A stretch of 64,000 nucleotides of DNA from Verrucomicrobiia bacterium (GTDB taxonomy: Bacteria; Verrucomicrobiota; Verrucomicrobiia; Limisphaerales; UBA1319). The notes under the pieces were generated by a model. The model was not told the origin of the DNA, did not search any database, and saw only the letters and a list, made by a program, of their open reading frames with translations. Both the position numbers and the translations under genes were made by a program. Location: NCBI GenBank assembly GCA_963664225.1, contig OY760937.1:224001-288000 (forward strand). Reading direction: 5' to 3'. Within the stretch, counting starts at the first letter, position 1; each line of letters opens with the position of its first letter. Of the stretch, positions 40,791 through 50,299 are shown piece after piece.

Positions 40791-42419
40791 ATGAAGTCCG
40801 GCAAGCGTTTCCACCTCGAAATCCAAAGCCACAGGGCCAATCCCATCGGCCTGATCCGCTCTTCCTACCGCGACTCCGACACCCAAGCTGTCAAACACAC
40901 CCAGCACGGGCGCATCACCGGCGTGTCCCTGGACCAGCTCAAGCTGATCCAGGCCGCCTTTCAGGGCAAGGTCGTCCCCAAGGAGGATCCCAACGCCTTC
41001 CAATGCACCGATTCCAGGGAATACGGGGCCAGCCATGCCGTTGTGGAAACGGCCCGCCAATTGGGTTTGGACACCATTCTTTACTCCCGCAACGAGCCGT
41101 GGGTCCGGGATTGCCTGGCCATGATTGCTGGCCGGGTGGTTTATGCGGGCAGCAAACTGGCCCTGTCCCACCAGACCAAAAACAGCGCTCTGTGGGAGAT
41201 CTGCGGGGTCACTGGCGAGGTGGATGTTGAAGACCACTGCTACCGGCCGATGGACCGGTTGCTGGAGCGCCAGGAGGCCATTCAAAAAGCCCTGGCCAAA
41301 AAACATCTGCGCAATGGCCATGTCGTGCTCTACGACATCACCAGCAGCTATTTTGAGGGGGCCTACGAGCAAAGCGACGTCGTGCTTTTCGGCTACAACC
41401 GGGACTGCAAGAGCGGACACGAGCAGGTGGTCCTGGGTTTGCTCTGCGACGAGCGGGGCTGTCCGGTGGGCATCGAACTCTTTGCGGGCAACACGCAGGA
41501 TGCCCAGACGGTGATCGATAAAATCCAGGAGCTGCGCCGTGAATACGGTTTGAGCGAGGTGACCTTCGTGGGCGACCGGGGCATGATCACCCAGGCCAAC
41601 GCGCAGAAGCTTGAAAAGGTCCAGGGCCTGCACACGCTCAGCGCGCTGACCCATCGGCAGATGTTCGAACTGCTGGAGCGCAAAGTCATCCAACTCGAAT
41701 TGTTCGACGAAAAGAAGATCGCCGAGGTGACCGACCCGGACAAGCCCGGCCAGCGCTATTGTCTCTGCCGCAATCCAGACACTCAGGCCCGGGAAACGGC
41801 CACCCGCCAACGGTTGCTCGAGCTCACCCGCCAGGGTATGGACAAGCTCGTCGAGCCCAAGAAAAAAAGGACCCCTGAGAAACTCGGTTCCCAGGTGGGG
41901 CGGCTGCTGGAAAAATACAAAATGGGTAAATTCATCCACTGGGAGGTTAAAGAGGGGCGGCTGGAATACCATTTGAAGCAGGAAGCCATCGGGCAGGAAC
42001 AACTGCTGGACGGCTGTTACATTATTACCACCACCGTGACGGAAAGCCAGATGAAGACGGCCCAAGTGGTGGCCACCTACAAAAGCCTCACCTTTGTCGA
42101 GCAGGCCTTCCGCACCCTCAAGACCGTGGCCCTGGAGATTCGGCCGGTGTATCACAAAAAGGATGATCGCATCCGCAGCCATGTGTTTTTATGCATGCTC
42201 GCCTATTACGTTTACTGGCACATGAAGCAACGATTGCAGCCGCTCTTTGAAAAGGATGGCAAAGGAAAGAAACGTCAATGGACCATGGAAAATGTGATTG
42301 AGCATTTGCGCGGCATCCGCAAACAACAAGTCAGCGTGGGCGGCGTGCACTTTGAGCAAATCTCTCAGCCCAACGAACAGCAGCAGGAAATCCTGAATCT
42401 GCTCGGAATCAAGCTGTAG
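40791..42419 (+). CDS. IS1634-family DDE transposase
   Basis: LYDITSSYFEG, FGYNRD, GNTQD, VGDRGM, DG.Y...T, Y..L..VE.AFR.LK...IRPVYH....RIR.H.F.C.LAY. Confidence 0.95.
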   Translation: MKSGKRFHLEIQSHRANPIGLIRSSYRDSDTQAVKHTQHGRITGVSLDQLKLIQAAFQGKVVPKEDPNAFQCTDSREYGASHAVVETARQLGLDTILYSRNEPWVRDCLAMIAGRVVYAGSKLALSHQTKNSALWEICGVTGEVDVEDHCYRPMDRLLERQEAIQKALAKKHLRNGHVVLYDITSSYFEGAYEQSDVVLFGYNRDCKSGHEQVVLGLLCDERGCPVGIELFAGNTQDAQTVIDKIQELRREYGLSEVTFVGDRGMITQANAQKLEKVQGLHTLSALTHRQMFELLERKVIQLELFDEKKIAEVTDPDKPGQRYCLCRNPDTQARETATRQRLLELTRQGMDKLVEPKKKRTPEKLGSQVGRLLEKYKMGKFIHWEVKEGRLEYHLKQEAIGQEQLLDGCYIITTTVTESQMKTAQVVATYKSLTFVEQAFRTLKTVALEIRPVYHKKDDRIRSHVFLCMLAYYVYWHMKQRLQPLFEKDGKGKKRQWTMENVIEHLRGIRKQQVSVGGVHFEQISQPNEQQQEILNLLGIKL

Positions 42420-42888
42420 CCATTTTGTTGAAATTCAAAATGAGCTCCACACCCTTGATTCTATTGGAGATTTCTTGTTTTTAAGCGGGGTAAAGTGCGT
42501 TAATACACCTTCGCCGAATGCAAATCATGGCCATCTCAAAGCATCGCATCCTCTTGACCATTCTTATTTCGGATTTCGGGTTAAACGGGCAATATGGTTG
42601 CGACCATGGCGATGTCTCTGTTGCTTCGACTCGATTAGGATGAGCTGGCTGACATGAGTTTTGCGGCTGTCATTGAAAATATCCGTGATGGTTCCTTACA
42701 ATAAGGCGTCCTGCCGGTCACGCAACGGAGGCTGGAATTGGCGTTGGCACCAAGCATGGCAGCCGCTGGAAGACACTGATAAAAGCTAATGAACGGAAAA
42801 TGGGAATTGTAAAAGCTCAGGCCTTCCGATGGTCCAAGGGGCAGTTGGCCAGGAATCGATAAGTCGGATATGGTTACCGGTTAGTCGG

Positions 42889-43806
42889 TCAATGGACGGG
42901 CGGAATTTTCGGCGGTGGATTTCCCTTGGCCGCAAGCCAGTCGGTTAATTGGAGACGACCTTCAGGCAGGAGCACGAGGTCCGCCTTGCCTTCGATGAGG
43001 TTCTGGGTTTCCAGGATTTTGAACATGGCTTCCTTGACTTCGGGATCGCGCGAAATCTGGTCCAGGGCATTTCCCACATATTCCGGTCGGATGGCTCCGG
43101 CCTTGGCAAATTCGAATGCGGCCTCGCGTTCGGCGGTGCTGGCGATGATGTTCACGCGGTTGGCGCCGTCCTGTTTGATGGCGGAGGTGACCTGGCGGAG
43201 GCGGTTGACCACTTTGCTCTCGATCTGCCGGATCATCCCGGCGTCGCGGAAATGCACTTTGCGGATGTAGATGGAGCCGAGTTTGTAACCCCATTCGTGG
43301 GATTTGGGGGAGACCTCGTCGCGCACGGTCTGGCTCATGGTGTGGCGGCTGGAGAGCATGTCGCCCAGGGGCATGTTGCTCAGGCAGCGGACGGTGGAGT
43401 TGCTGACGTTGGCGGCGAGGGAGCCGCGCGGGTCGGCGTTCTTGAAGAGGTAGGCCACGGGATCGCTGATGAACATTTCATACCAGATGCCGATGCCCAT
43501 GGGGGCGCCTTCCTCTGAATTGACCGGCTGGCTGCGGAGGTATTCCTGATCCATGCGCATGTCCAGCACGTAACATTTTCCGAACCAGTTGATCAGAAAG
43601 GCGCGCCATCCCAAGGCGAGTGGGAGGATGTAAAAACCGGGTTCGTCGATGTTGCCGATGACTTTTCCAAACAGCATGTACACATGGCAGCGGCGTTCAT
43701 GGACGATGGCGTAGAGGCCGAGGAACCGCGCGATTCCAAGAATCAGCGGCACGGCGACGAAACACGCGGCGAATGTGATGACTGCGGCGGGTAGAAACAG
43801 GTTCAT
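42889..43806 (-). CDS. SPFH (band 7) domain membrane protein
   Basis: N-terminal TM, FGK....DEPG, WGY.LGS.YIR.V.F, C-terminal coiled region. Confidence 0.85.
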   Translation of the reverse strand: MNLFLPAAVITFAACFVAVPLILGIARFLGLYAIVHERRCHVYMLFGKVIGNIDEPGFYILPLALGWRAFLINWFGKCYVLDMRMDQEYLRSQPVNSEEGAPMGIGIWYEMFISDPVAYLFKNADPRGSLAANVSNSTVRCLSNMPLGDMLSSRHTMSQTVRDEVSPKSHEWGYKLGSIYIRKVHFRDAGMIRQIESKVVNRLRQVTSAIKQDGANRVNIIASTAEREAAFEFAKAGAIRPEYVGNALDQISRDPEVKEAMFKILETQNLIEGKADLVLLPEGRLQLTDWLAAKGNPPPKIPPVH

Positions 43807-44810
43807 GCTTTGTCCTCCACGATGGCCTGGCGGGCATGGGCGAAAAGGGTCAGGCGCACATTGCGCACGTAAGCGTCCACTGCGGCCGGATTTTTTTGTT
43901 TTAGTTCAGATAACTGGGTGGCCAGGCGTGTAATGGGCTGGACCTCCGCCTGGGCTTTGAGCGTTTCAATTTCCACGGCGCGCCGGGATTGGACGATTTT
44001 TTGATCCGCCGAGGCCTGGGCCAGGCTGATGTCCGAGGAGACCTGGTTGTGGGCGGTGTTGATGGCCGCCAGTGCGGATTCCACCTCCGGGGGCGGATCG
44101 ATGCCTGTGATGAGCGAGGCGTCCAGCACGATTCCATAGCGCGCCTGGGAGGAACGGCATTCGCGTTCCATGTGATCGTTCAGGTCGCGGACGTTTTTTC
44201 GCAGGTCGTTGATCGAGATGCCCGCGATGTCCTGCAGGGGCGGCTCCGTCGGGCTGGAGTCCGGAGTTTTCCCAATAATTGTCTTTGGCGCCTCGTAGTT
44301 GGCAATGCGCTCGCGCAGCACGGATACGAAGTAGCCCATGACGTGGGCAAATGGATTTTTTACGCCGAACAGAAAGGCATACATGTTTTTCTCGGAAACG
44401 CGGTAGCGAATCTGGCCCGTCATGCCGGTGTTGAGCTGGTCTTTGGTGACGGCTTCGAGCAGGGTGCCGTTTGCATTGGCGGTCGGGCTTTCAGGATCGT
44501 AGGCCATGTTCACGGTTCCCGTGGCCACAGAGACTTTATAGACGGTTTCCCACGGAAATTTGAAATAAGGTCCGCCGGGCATGATGACACGCACCTGCGG
44601 GTACGAGTAGCGCGTTTTCTCGTCGGCGGTGAGCGATTCCGAGATGGGGTCTTCATTGGTGGTGAGACCGCCGAGGCGTTCGGCCCGGCCGAAGCTCGTT
44701 TTCACGGCCCGCTCATTCTGGTCCACCGTATAAATGCCGCTGATCAAATAACGCGTGAGGAACCACGCGGCAAAACCGAATGCACAACCGAGAATCAGAC
44801 TCATAAGCAA
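43803..44810 (-). CDS. SPFH (band 7) domain membrane protein
   Basis: N-terminal TM, YTVDQNERAV...FG, PGG.YFKFPW, A.TKDQ, YGI......IT.IDPP.EV, Ala/Glu coiled coil. Overlaps its partner by ATGA. Confidence 0.87.
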   Translation of the reverse strand: MLMSLILGCAFGFAAWFLTRYLISGIYTVDQNERAVKTSFGRAERLGGLTTNEDPISESLTADEKTRYSYPQVRVIMPGGPYFKFPWETVYKVSVATGTVNMAYDPESPTANANGTLLEAVTKDQLNTGMTGQIRYRVSEKNMYAFLFGVKNPFAHVMGYFVSVLRERIANYEAPKTIIGKTPDSSPTEPPLQDIAGISINDLRKNVRDLNDHMERECRSSQARYGIVLDASLITGIDPPPEVESALAAINTAHNQVSSDISLAQASADQKIVQSRRAVEIETLKAQAEVQPITRLATQLSELKQKNPAAVDAYVRNVRLTLFAHARQAIVEDKA

Positions 44811-44952
44811 GATGATTGAATTACGGTTGCATCATATCGCGGTTCGTATTTAGACGCAACCCATTACATGTTACAAAATGGGGGCGCGTTTGTAGCGGCC
44901 GTGAAAAATCGACCAGGGTTAATTTGGAGGAGGGCGGGCAACCTCAGGGAAG

Positions 44953-45117
44953 CCACAGACTGCCACAGATAAACACAGATTGGAGAAGGACAGGATGGAC
45001 AGGATTTTAGATGGAAGGACCGAAATAGCGGACTTCCATTGCGAATCTCACTGTTTAAGGACGGGATTACAGACAGGGATAGAGGGGAAAGACAGGATGA
45101 CAGGATGGACAGGATTT
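44953..45117 (+). repeat. Cluster of short purine-rich tandem repeats (CACAGA x3; GACAGGAT x5)
   Basis: CACAGA at 44954/44964/44974; GACAGGATGGACAGGATTT exact at 44989-45007 and 45099-45117. Confidence 0.8.
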
Positions 45118-45302
45118 GGAAGAGGGCGGGAGGAAATGAAAAATGGACAATTGGATGCAGGGCGGAAAGGGATTTCGGCCATCGCGGAATTCGACGAGGG
45201 GGCCTGTTATTGAACGCGGGATCCAGTTTGAGAAAAAACGGGGAAATCAAAGGGCCTCTAATTTGACTTTCACCGGAGTGGTTTATCAGCCATCTTAAGG
45301 AG

Positions 45303-45803
45303 ATGCGAATGCGACGTGAGGCGCGGGAACGTGCCGTGCAATTTTTATTTCAGTATGATTTGAATCCGCCCGAGGATTTGGATGGGGCGTTGACCCGGTT
45401 CTGGGAGAGCCAGCAGGCGTCCTTCATCGCGGAGGATAAAGGCAAGGCGCGGTGGAACGAACCGATGGATTTGCCGCCGGCGACGGCGGAGGAGGCCACA
45501 ACGCGCACTTTTGCGGAGGGCCTGATTCGCGGGGTGCTGGAGCATCGGGTGGAGTTGGACGAGAAGATCGTGAAATATGCGAAGAACTGGGATTTGCACC
45601 GGATGGCGGTGGTGGATCGGAATGTGATGCGGTTGGGGATCTTCGAGATGCTTTTCCGGGAGGATATTCCCCCGGTGGTGAGCATCAATGAGGCGGTGGA
45701 CATCGCGAAGAAGTTTTCCACGGAGGACAGCGGGAAATTTGTGAACGGCATCCTGGACAAGGTTAAAGCGGACTTGCTGCGACCGGCGCGTATCGTAAAG
45801 TAA
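45303..45803 (+). CDS. nusB: Transcription antitermination factor
   Basis: RREARERAVQFLFQ, W...RM..VDRN..R, IP..VSINEAVDIAK.F, FVNGILD. Confidence 0.96.
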   Translation: MRMRREARERAVQFLFQYDLNPPEDLDGALTRFWESQQASFIAEDKGKARWNEPMDLPPATAEEATTRTFAEGLIRGVLEHRVELDEKIVKYAKNWDLHRMAVVDRNVMRLGIFEMLFREDIPPVVSINEAVDIAKKFSTEDSGKFVNGILDKVKADLLRPARIVK

Positions 45804-45806
45804 CGC

Positions 45807-46667
45807 ATGGTAGCGGACTTACATTTGCATTCGCAGTATTCGGACGGGACCTACACGGCGGCCGAACTGGCCGAAGAAGCGCGGAAACACGGACTGAAGC
45901 TGATTGCGTTGACGGATCATGACACGGTGGAGGGGTGTGAGTCGGTTGGGGCGGAATGCCGTTCCAGAGGCCTTGAGTTCATACCCGGTGTGGAGTTGAC
46001 GGCTGAGTTTGCGGGGGATGAGCTGCATTTGCTCGGGTATTTTGTGGATACGCAGAGCCCGGAATTGCTGGCTGAACTGGCCAAATACCAATTGGTGCGT
46101 CAGAACCGGGTTCGCGAGATGGTGGCGCGGTTGAATAAGATGAGCATACCGCTGTCTGCGGATGAAGTGTTTGCGCTGGCCAACTGCCGGTCTCCGGGGC
46201 GTCCGCATGTGGGGCGCGCGCTGGTGAAGGCGGGGGTTTGCACGAATCTTGACCAGGCATTCGAGCGGTTTTTGAAGAAGCACCGACCAGCCTGGGTGCC
46301 GAAGTTCAAGATGTCCGCGGAAGCGGGCATTGGGCTGATCCATCGGGCGGGCGGTCTGGCGGTGATGGCGCATCCGGGGCTTAATCACTGCGACGAGGCG
46401 ATTCCGGGGATGGTGGCCGCAGGTTTGGACGGCATTGAATGTTTTCACTCGAAGCACTCTGAAGCGACGTCGGCGTTTTATCTGGAGGTGGCCCAATGTC
46501 ATGGTTTGCTGGTGACGGGGGGATCGGATTGCCACGGGATGAGCAAGGGCAAGCCGACGATGGGACAGGTGCGGCTGCCTTTTGCCTATATTGAAAAGAT
46601 GAATGCGCGGGTGGCGGAAATTTCCAAAAATGCGGCGAAACGACCGCAGGCGGAGCAGTCCGCCTAA
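45807..46667 (+). CDS. PHP-domain phosphoesterase (TrpH/YciV-like)
   Basis: DLHLHS..SDG, LTDHD, GVE, HLLGY, GRPH, AHP, GGSDCHG. Confidence 0.92.
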   Translation: MVADLHLHSQYSDGTYTAAELAEEARKHGLKLIALTDHDTVEGCESVGAECRSRGLEFIPGVELTAEFAGDELHLLGYFVDTQSPELLAELAKYQLVRQNRVREMVARLNKMSIPLSADEVFALANCRSPGRPHVGRALVKAGVCTNLDQAFERFLKKHRPAWVPKFKMSAEAGIGLIHRAGGLAVMAHPGLNHCDEAIPGMVAAGLDGIECFHSKHSEATSAFYLEVAQCHGLLVTGGSDCHGMSKGKPTMGQVRLPFAYIEKMNARVAEISKNAAKRPQAEQSA

Positions 46668-46680
46668 AGATCGGAATTGC

Positions 46681-47607
46681 ATGGGATTATTTCAGAAATT
46701 CAAAGACGGACTGCTCAAGACGCAGTCCAAACTGGTTCACGAGATCAAACGGATATTCACCGGTTCGCCCAAATTAACGCGGACGAATCTGGATGAATTG
46801 GAAGCGGCGCTGATTGGCGCGGACCTGGGGATGGCAATGACCAGCCAGATCATCGTGGCGGTGAAGAAATCCTATGAGAGCCAGGGTGGCAGCGGGCTGG
46901 ATGTGTTCGATATTGCGCGGCGCGAGGTGGAACTGAGCCTTTCGGCAAACGACGCCGCAATGGCGAAAATGCCTTCGGGACCCACGGTGGTTTCACTGGT
47001 GGGGGTCAATGGCACGGGGAAAACCACGACGGCTGCGAAACTTGCTTATCACATCCAATTGGGGGGAGGCACGGCATGCATTGCGGCGTGCGATACTTTT
47101 CGCGCGGCGGCCATCGAGCAGATCAAGCTCTGGGGGGAGCGATTGAAGGTGCCTGTGGTTGCGGGCAAGTATGGCGCGGATCCGGCAGCAGTGGCGCATG
47201 ATGCGGTGACCGCAGCAATGGCGCGCCAGATCGATTATTTGTTTATCGACACGGCGGGGCGTCTGCACACGAAACATAATTTGATGCAGGAATTGCAGAA
47301 GCTTCACAGGGTCATGGGCAAGCAACTGGCCGGGGCGCCTCATGAAACCTTGCTGGTGCTCGATGCGACGACGGGGATGAACGCGATGAACCAGGCCCGG
47401 GAGTTTAACAAGTCGGTGAAATTGACGGGATTGATCGTGACGAAACTCGATGGCACGAGCAAAGGCGGCATGGTGGTGGCGATTCAGAAGGAACTGGGTC
47501 TGCCGATCAAATGGATCGGATTGGGGGAAAAGCCCGACGATCTCCAGCCCTTCGACGCGGCGCAATTCGCGGTCGCGTTGTTTCCAGGCGAAGAGGTTCC
47601 CGCGTAG
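46681..47607 (+). CDS. ftsY: SRP receptor GTPase (NG domain only)
   Basis: [39 protein letters not shown] at 46681. Confidence 0.96.
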   Translation: MGLFQKFKDGLLKTQSKLVHEIKRIFTGSPKLTRTNLDELEAALIGADLGMAMTSQIIVAVKKSYESQGGSGLDVFDIARREVELSLSANDAAMAKMPSGPTVVSLVGVNGTGKTTTAAKLAYHIQLGGGTACIAACDTFRAAAIEQIKLWGERLKVPVVAGKYGADPAAVAHDAVTAAMARQIDYLFIDTAGRLHTKHNLMQELQKLHRVMGKQLAGAPHETLLVLDATTGMNAMNQAREFNKSVKLTGLIVTKLDGTSKGGMVVAIQKELGLPIKWIGLGEKPDDLQPFDAAQFAVALFPGEEVPA

Positions 47608-47627
47608 ACAGCAATGGCGCGCTTCGA

Positions 47628-48791
47628 ATGAAGGCCCAGGCCCAGGCAACGGATTTATCCAAAAGCAGCGAAGAAGCTGCATTCATGCGCCTGGCGCTGC
47701 GCCTGGCCAATAAGGCGTACGGGCGCACTTCCCCCAATCCCATGGTAGGCGCGGTGCTGGTGCGAAATGGCAGGATTCTTGGCCAGGGATGGCATCACGG
47801 CGCGGGATTACCCCATGCGGAAATCGAGGCTCTGAAGGACGCGCAGGCACGGGGCAAAGATGCGCGTGGCTCCACGATTTATGTCACGCTGGAACCGTGC
47901 TGCACACACGGTCGCACACCGCCGTGCACGGAGGCGCTGATTGCCGCTGGTGTCGGCACTGTGATCGTGGCGGCCACGGATCCCAATCCGGCGCATTCAG
48001 GCCGTGGTTTCGCGGTGCTCAAAAAGGCGGGCATTCAAGTCGCTCACGGTCTTTTGGCAAATGAGGCGACGCATCTGAATGAGGCCTTTAATCATTGGAT
48101 TGTGAGCAAAACGCCGCTGGTCACAGTGAAGGCGGCGATGACGTTGGATGGAAAGATTGCGACGGCGACCGGGGATTCCAAATGGATCACAGGGGAACGA
48201 GCCCGCGCGCATGCCATGCGGTTGCGCCTGGGGTCCGATGCCATTCTGGCGGGCATAGGAACGATTCTGGCGGATGATCCGGGGTTGACATTGCGATTGG
48301 GCCAACGGCCTGGAAGTGCGGTCAAGAGGCTGCGGCGGATTGTGGTCGATTCGCGCGCGCGCATGCCGTTGCAGGCCCGTGTGGTCAGCGATGCGCAGCG
48401 GGAATTGACGACGGTGGTGGTCACGGAGCTTGCGCCGCGCCGCCGGATCAGCGCGTTGCAGAAGCAGGTTGACGTATGGGTGGCTCCGGTTCGCGAGGGC
48501 CATGTGGATTTAACCTGGGTCTTGAAAAAGCTGGGTTCCGAGAACGTCACGAGCCTGTTGGTCGAGGGCGGGGGAGAAGTTAACGCCGGCTTTTTGGAGC
48601 AAGGATTGGCCCGGCGCATCGCTTTTTTCTATGCGCCCAAGATCATTGGGGGACGCGATGCCAAAGCGGGGGTCGGTGGACTGGGGTGCAGCCGGTTGAC
48701 GGATGCGATTGTACTGAAGGAACCGCGATGGCGGCATTTGGGACCGGATTTGTTGCTTGAAGCGAGGGTGGGGGAAGAGAGGAACGGTTGA
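47628..48791 (+). CDS. ribD: Bifunctional riboflavin biosynthesis deaminase/reductase
   Basis: PNPMVGA, HAE, TLEPC..GRTPPC, TLDGKIA, WIT, LVEGG. Confidence 0.96.
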   Translation: MKAQAQATDLSKSSEEAAFMRLALRLANKAYGRTSPNPMVGAVLVRNGRILGQGWHHGAGLPHAEIEALKDAQARGKDARGSTIYVTLEPCCTHGRTPPCTEALIAAGVGTVIVAATDPNPAHSGRGFAVLKKAGIQVAHGLLANEATHLNEAFNHWIVSKTPLVTVKAAMTLDGKIATATGDSKWITGERARAHAMRLRLGSDAILAGIGTILADDPGLTLRLGQRPGSAVKRLRRIVVDSRARMPLQARVVSDAQRELTTVVVTELAPRRRISALQKQVDVWVAPVREGHVDLTWVLKKLGSENVTSLLVEGGGEVNAGFLEQGLARRIAFFYAPKIIGGRDAKAGVGGLGCSRLTDAIVLKEPRWRHLGPDLLLEARVGEERNG

Positions 48792-48810
48792 CGAAAGCAC
48801 GGGGCTCCAC

Positions 48811-49509
48811 TTATTGAGGCGCCGGTGGCGGCGAGCTCAATTCGGTTGGGGGCAGGGGAGGGCCGTCTTTCGATATGAGAGCCCTTTGGACTTCCATATT
48901 CACCACGCTGGATTCGTAGGTGGCTTGCGGTTGAGCGGCCGCCGCGCCAAAATTGGAGCGAACCGGGCGGGACGGAATCATGGGCATACCCGTCGCGGGC
49001 AGCGCGGGTGTGTTGGGCGGAATGACGGGCATGGGTGTGGGCGCGCCACCTGGCAGGGCGTGAACGCCGGGTGCTGGCGGGGCCACCGCCATGGGGACTG
49101 CCACTTTGTTTCCATGGGTGTCGAAAGTGAGCGTCATGGGGGTGCCGGCGTTCTTAATGATCACGCTGCCGGCCTTTTCGTTGATGGTCACGACTTCCAA
49201 GGCGCCATCCCGCTCTCCTTCACGAATCGTGGGATAGGTAAATTGTCCCGGTTTGGTGCCATCCGGAAGGCGGAAATACGCTTTCTTAACACCCTGATAA
49301 GAGGTGATGCCGGTGAAAGTGATATTAACCTGTTGGGTGGCGGCCAGTGTGTCTGGATCGACTGGCGGAGGCAAAGGCTTCAGGCTGAATGCGTTGCGCT
49401 CGTTAATCTGCTGATATGACGCCATTTGGACATCACCGGCCACCCCCCATACGGCGGATGCCAGCATGCAGCAGATCAAAACTGCCATGGCTCTACATTT
49501 CGCACTCAC
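48811..49509 (-). CDS. Exported Pro-rich protein with a GspC-HR/PilP-like beta domain (alternative start 49488)
   Basis: Signal/TM, I.ERNAF.L, ITFTGI....KAYF, IREGE......V..I......V, Pro-rich tail. Confidence 0.5.
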   Translation of the reverse strand: MSAKCRAMAVLICCMLASAVWGVAGDVQMASYQQINERNAFSLKPLPPPVDPDTLAATQQVNITFTGITSYQGVKKAYFRLPDGTKPGQFTYPTIREGERDGALEVVTINEKAGSVIIKNAGTPMTLTFDTHGNKVAVPMAVAPPAPGVHALPGGAPTPMPVIPPNTPALPATGMPMIPSRPVRSNFGAAAAQPQATYESSVVNMEVQRALISKDGPPLPPTELSSPPPAPQ

Positions 49510-49606
49510 AAAAATATATTAATTACCTTATCCAAAAAACACCAGTCTTTGAATTAAGTTTCGAAGGGGAGCGAATTGCGCTAAAACAGCTGTGTAGGTA
49601 ATTACC

Positions 49607-50017
49607 TTACGACTCAAGTTTGCGATAAAACTCGCGCGGCGCGACGATTTCAACGCCGAACGGTTTGTTCAATGCCAGCAAGTCCTTATCCTTGGTAACA
49701 ATAAACTGTGCGTGACTGCTTAGTGCGCAGGCGAGAAACGGGTCATCATTGACGTCCCGACTGCGCCGCTTTCCCAAGGGCGCGGGTTCGACAAGGGAAG
49801 CGATGCGCTCAATCCAGTCCAGGAATGGCGCCGGATCTCGATCTGGACATTCAGCCTGACCAATCCGTAACAGAAGGGACCGATACTCGCGCAGAATGTC
49901 ATCGGTCACGGCCAAACGGAATTTCCGTTGCGCCAGAAGGACAAAAAAACGACGATCTTCGCTCCTGGGCCAAAACGTTGCCGACACCACGACGTTCGTG
50001 TCCACGACGACGGTCAC
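49607..50017 (-). CDS. PIN-domain toxin (VapC-like)
   Basis: VVVDTNVVVSA, EY, RD.NDD.FL.CA, IVTKDKDLL. Confidence 0.92.
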   Translation of the reverse strand: MTVVVDTNVVVSATFWPRSEDRRFFVLLAQRKFRLAVTDDILREYRSLLLRIGQAECPDRDPAPFLDWIERIASLVEPAPLGKRRSRDVNDDPFLACALSSHAQFIVTKDKDLLALNKPFGVEIVAPREFYRKLES

Positions 50018-50295
50018 GATCTTTTACTCCGCTGCTCTGACCGGTATTTTTTGATTTCCGTCTGGATCCGAATTTCGTCTGTGGCGGTGATGGATCTGGC
50101 GCGACGTCCTTCGTCGATGGTCTTTAAAACCGCCGTCAGCTCGGCCTCGGTAGGTTCTGGCACCGGTGTGACGTAGAAGCCATCGCCAACCTCGGTGATG
50201 CGCAGCGAGGTTCCCGGACGGATGCTCTTGCGCTCGCACATGGCTTTGGGCAGGACCACCTGGCGCTTGGTGGTCACAGTAATCGTCGTCGTCAC
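50014..50295 (-). CDS. AbrB/MazE/SpoVT-type antitoxin
   Basis: VTTKRQVVLPK......I.PG..L; overlaps the toxin start by GTGA. Confidence 0.88.
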   Translation of the reverse strand: MTTTITVTTKRQVVLPKAMCERKSIRPGTSLRITEVGDGFYVTPVPEPTEAELTAVLKTIDEGRRARSITATDEIRIQTEIKKYRSEQRSKRS

Positions 50296-50299
50296 ACTT

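Larger units (their letters stand above)
40641..42499 (+). mobile_element. Complete IS1634-family insertion sequence (1859 bp)
   Basis: TIRs CGCACTTTACCCC(-/G)CTTAAA at both ends; 6-bp direct repeat TTAATA at 40635-40640 and 42500-42505. Confidence 0.92.
40553..42581. mobile_element. MITE-like inverted-repeat element (164 bp when empty) interrupted by the IS1634 element
   Basis: ACCCGAAATCCGAAATAGGAACG (40553-40575) versus the reverse complement of 42559-42581, ACCCGAAATCCGAAATAAGAATG: 21/23 identical. Confidence 0.6.

Noticed and set aside
40686..42182. 498-aa antisense ORF inside the IS
   Set aside because: Mirror frame of the transposase with no motifs. High-GC codon bias commonly leaves this frame open.
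40530..42590. Integron attC site (GTTAAAC at the right end of the inverted-repeat element)
   Set aside because: No matching RYYYAAC at the left end, no integrase and no cassette array.
42582..42888. 300-bp non-coding stretch after the MITE-like element
   Set aside because: I found no ORF, repeat or convincing structure by eye.
44953..45117. Possible CRISPR array
   Set aside because: Repeat units are only 6-19 bp, there are no regular unique spacers, and no cas genes are present.
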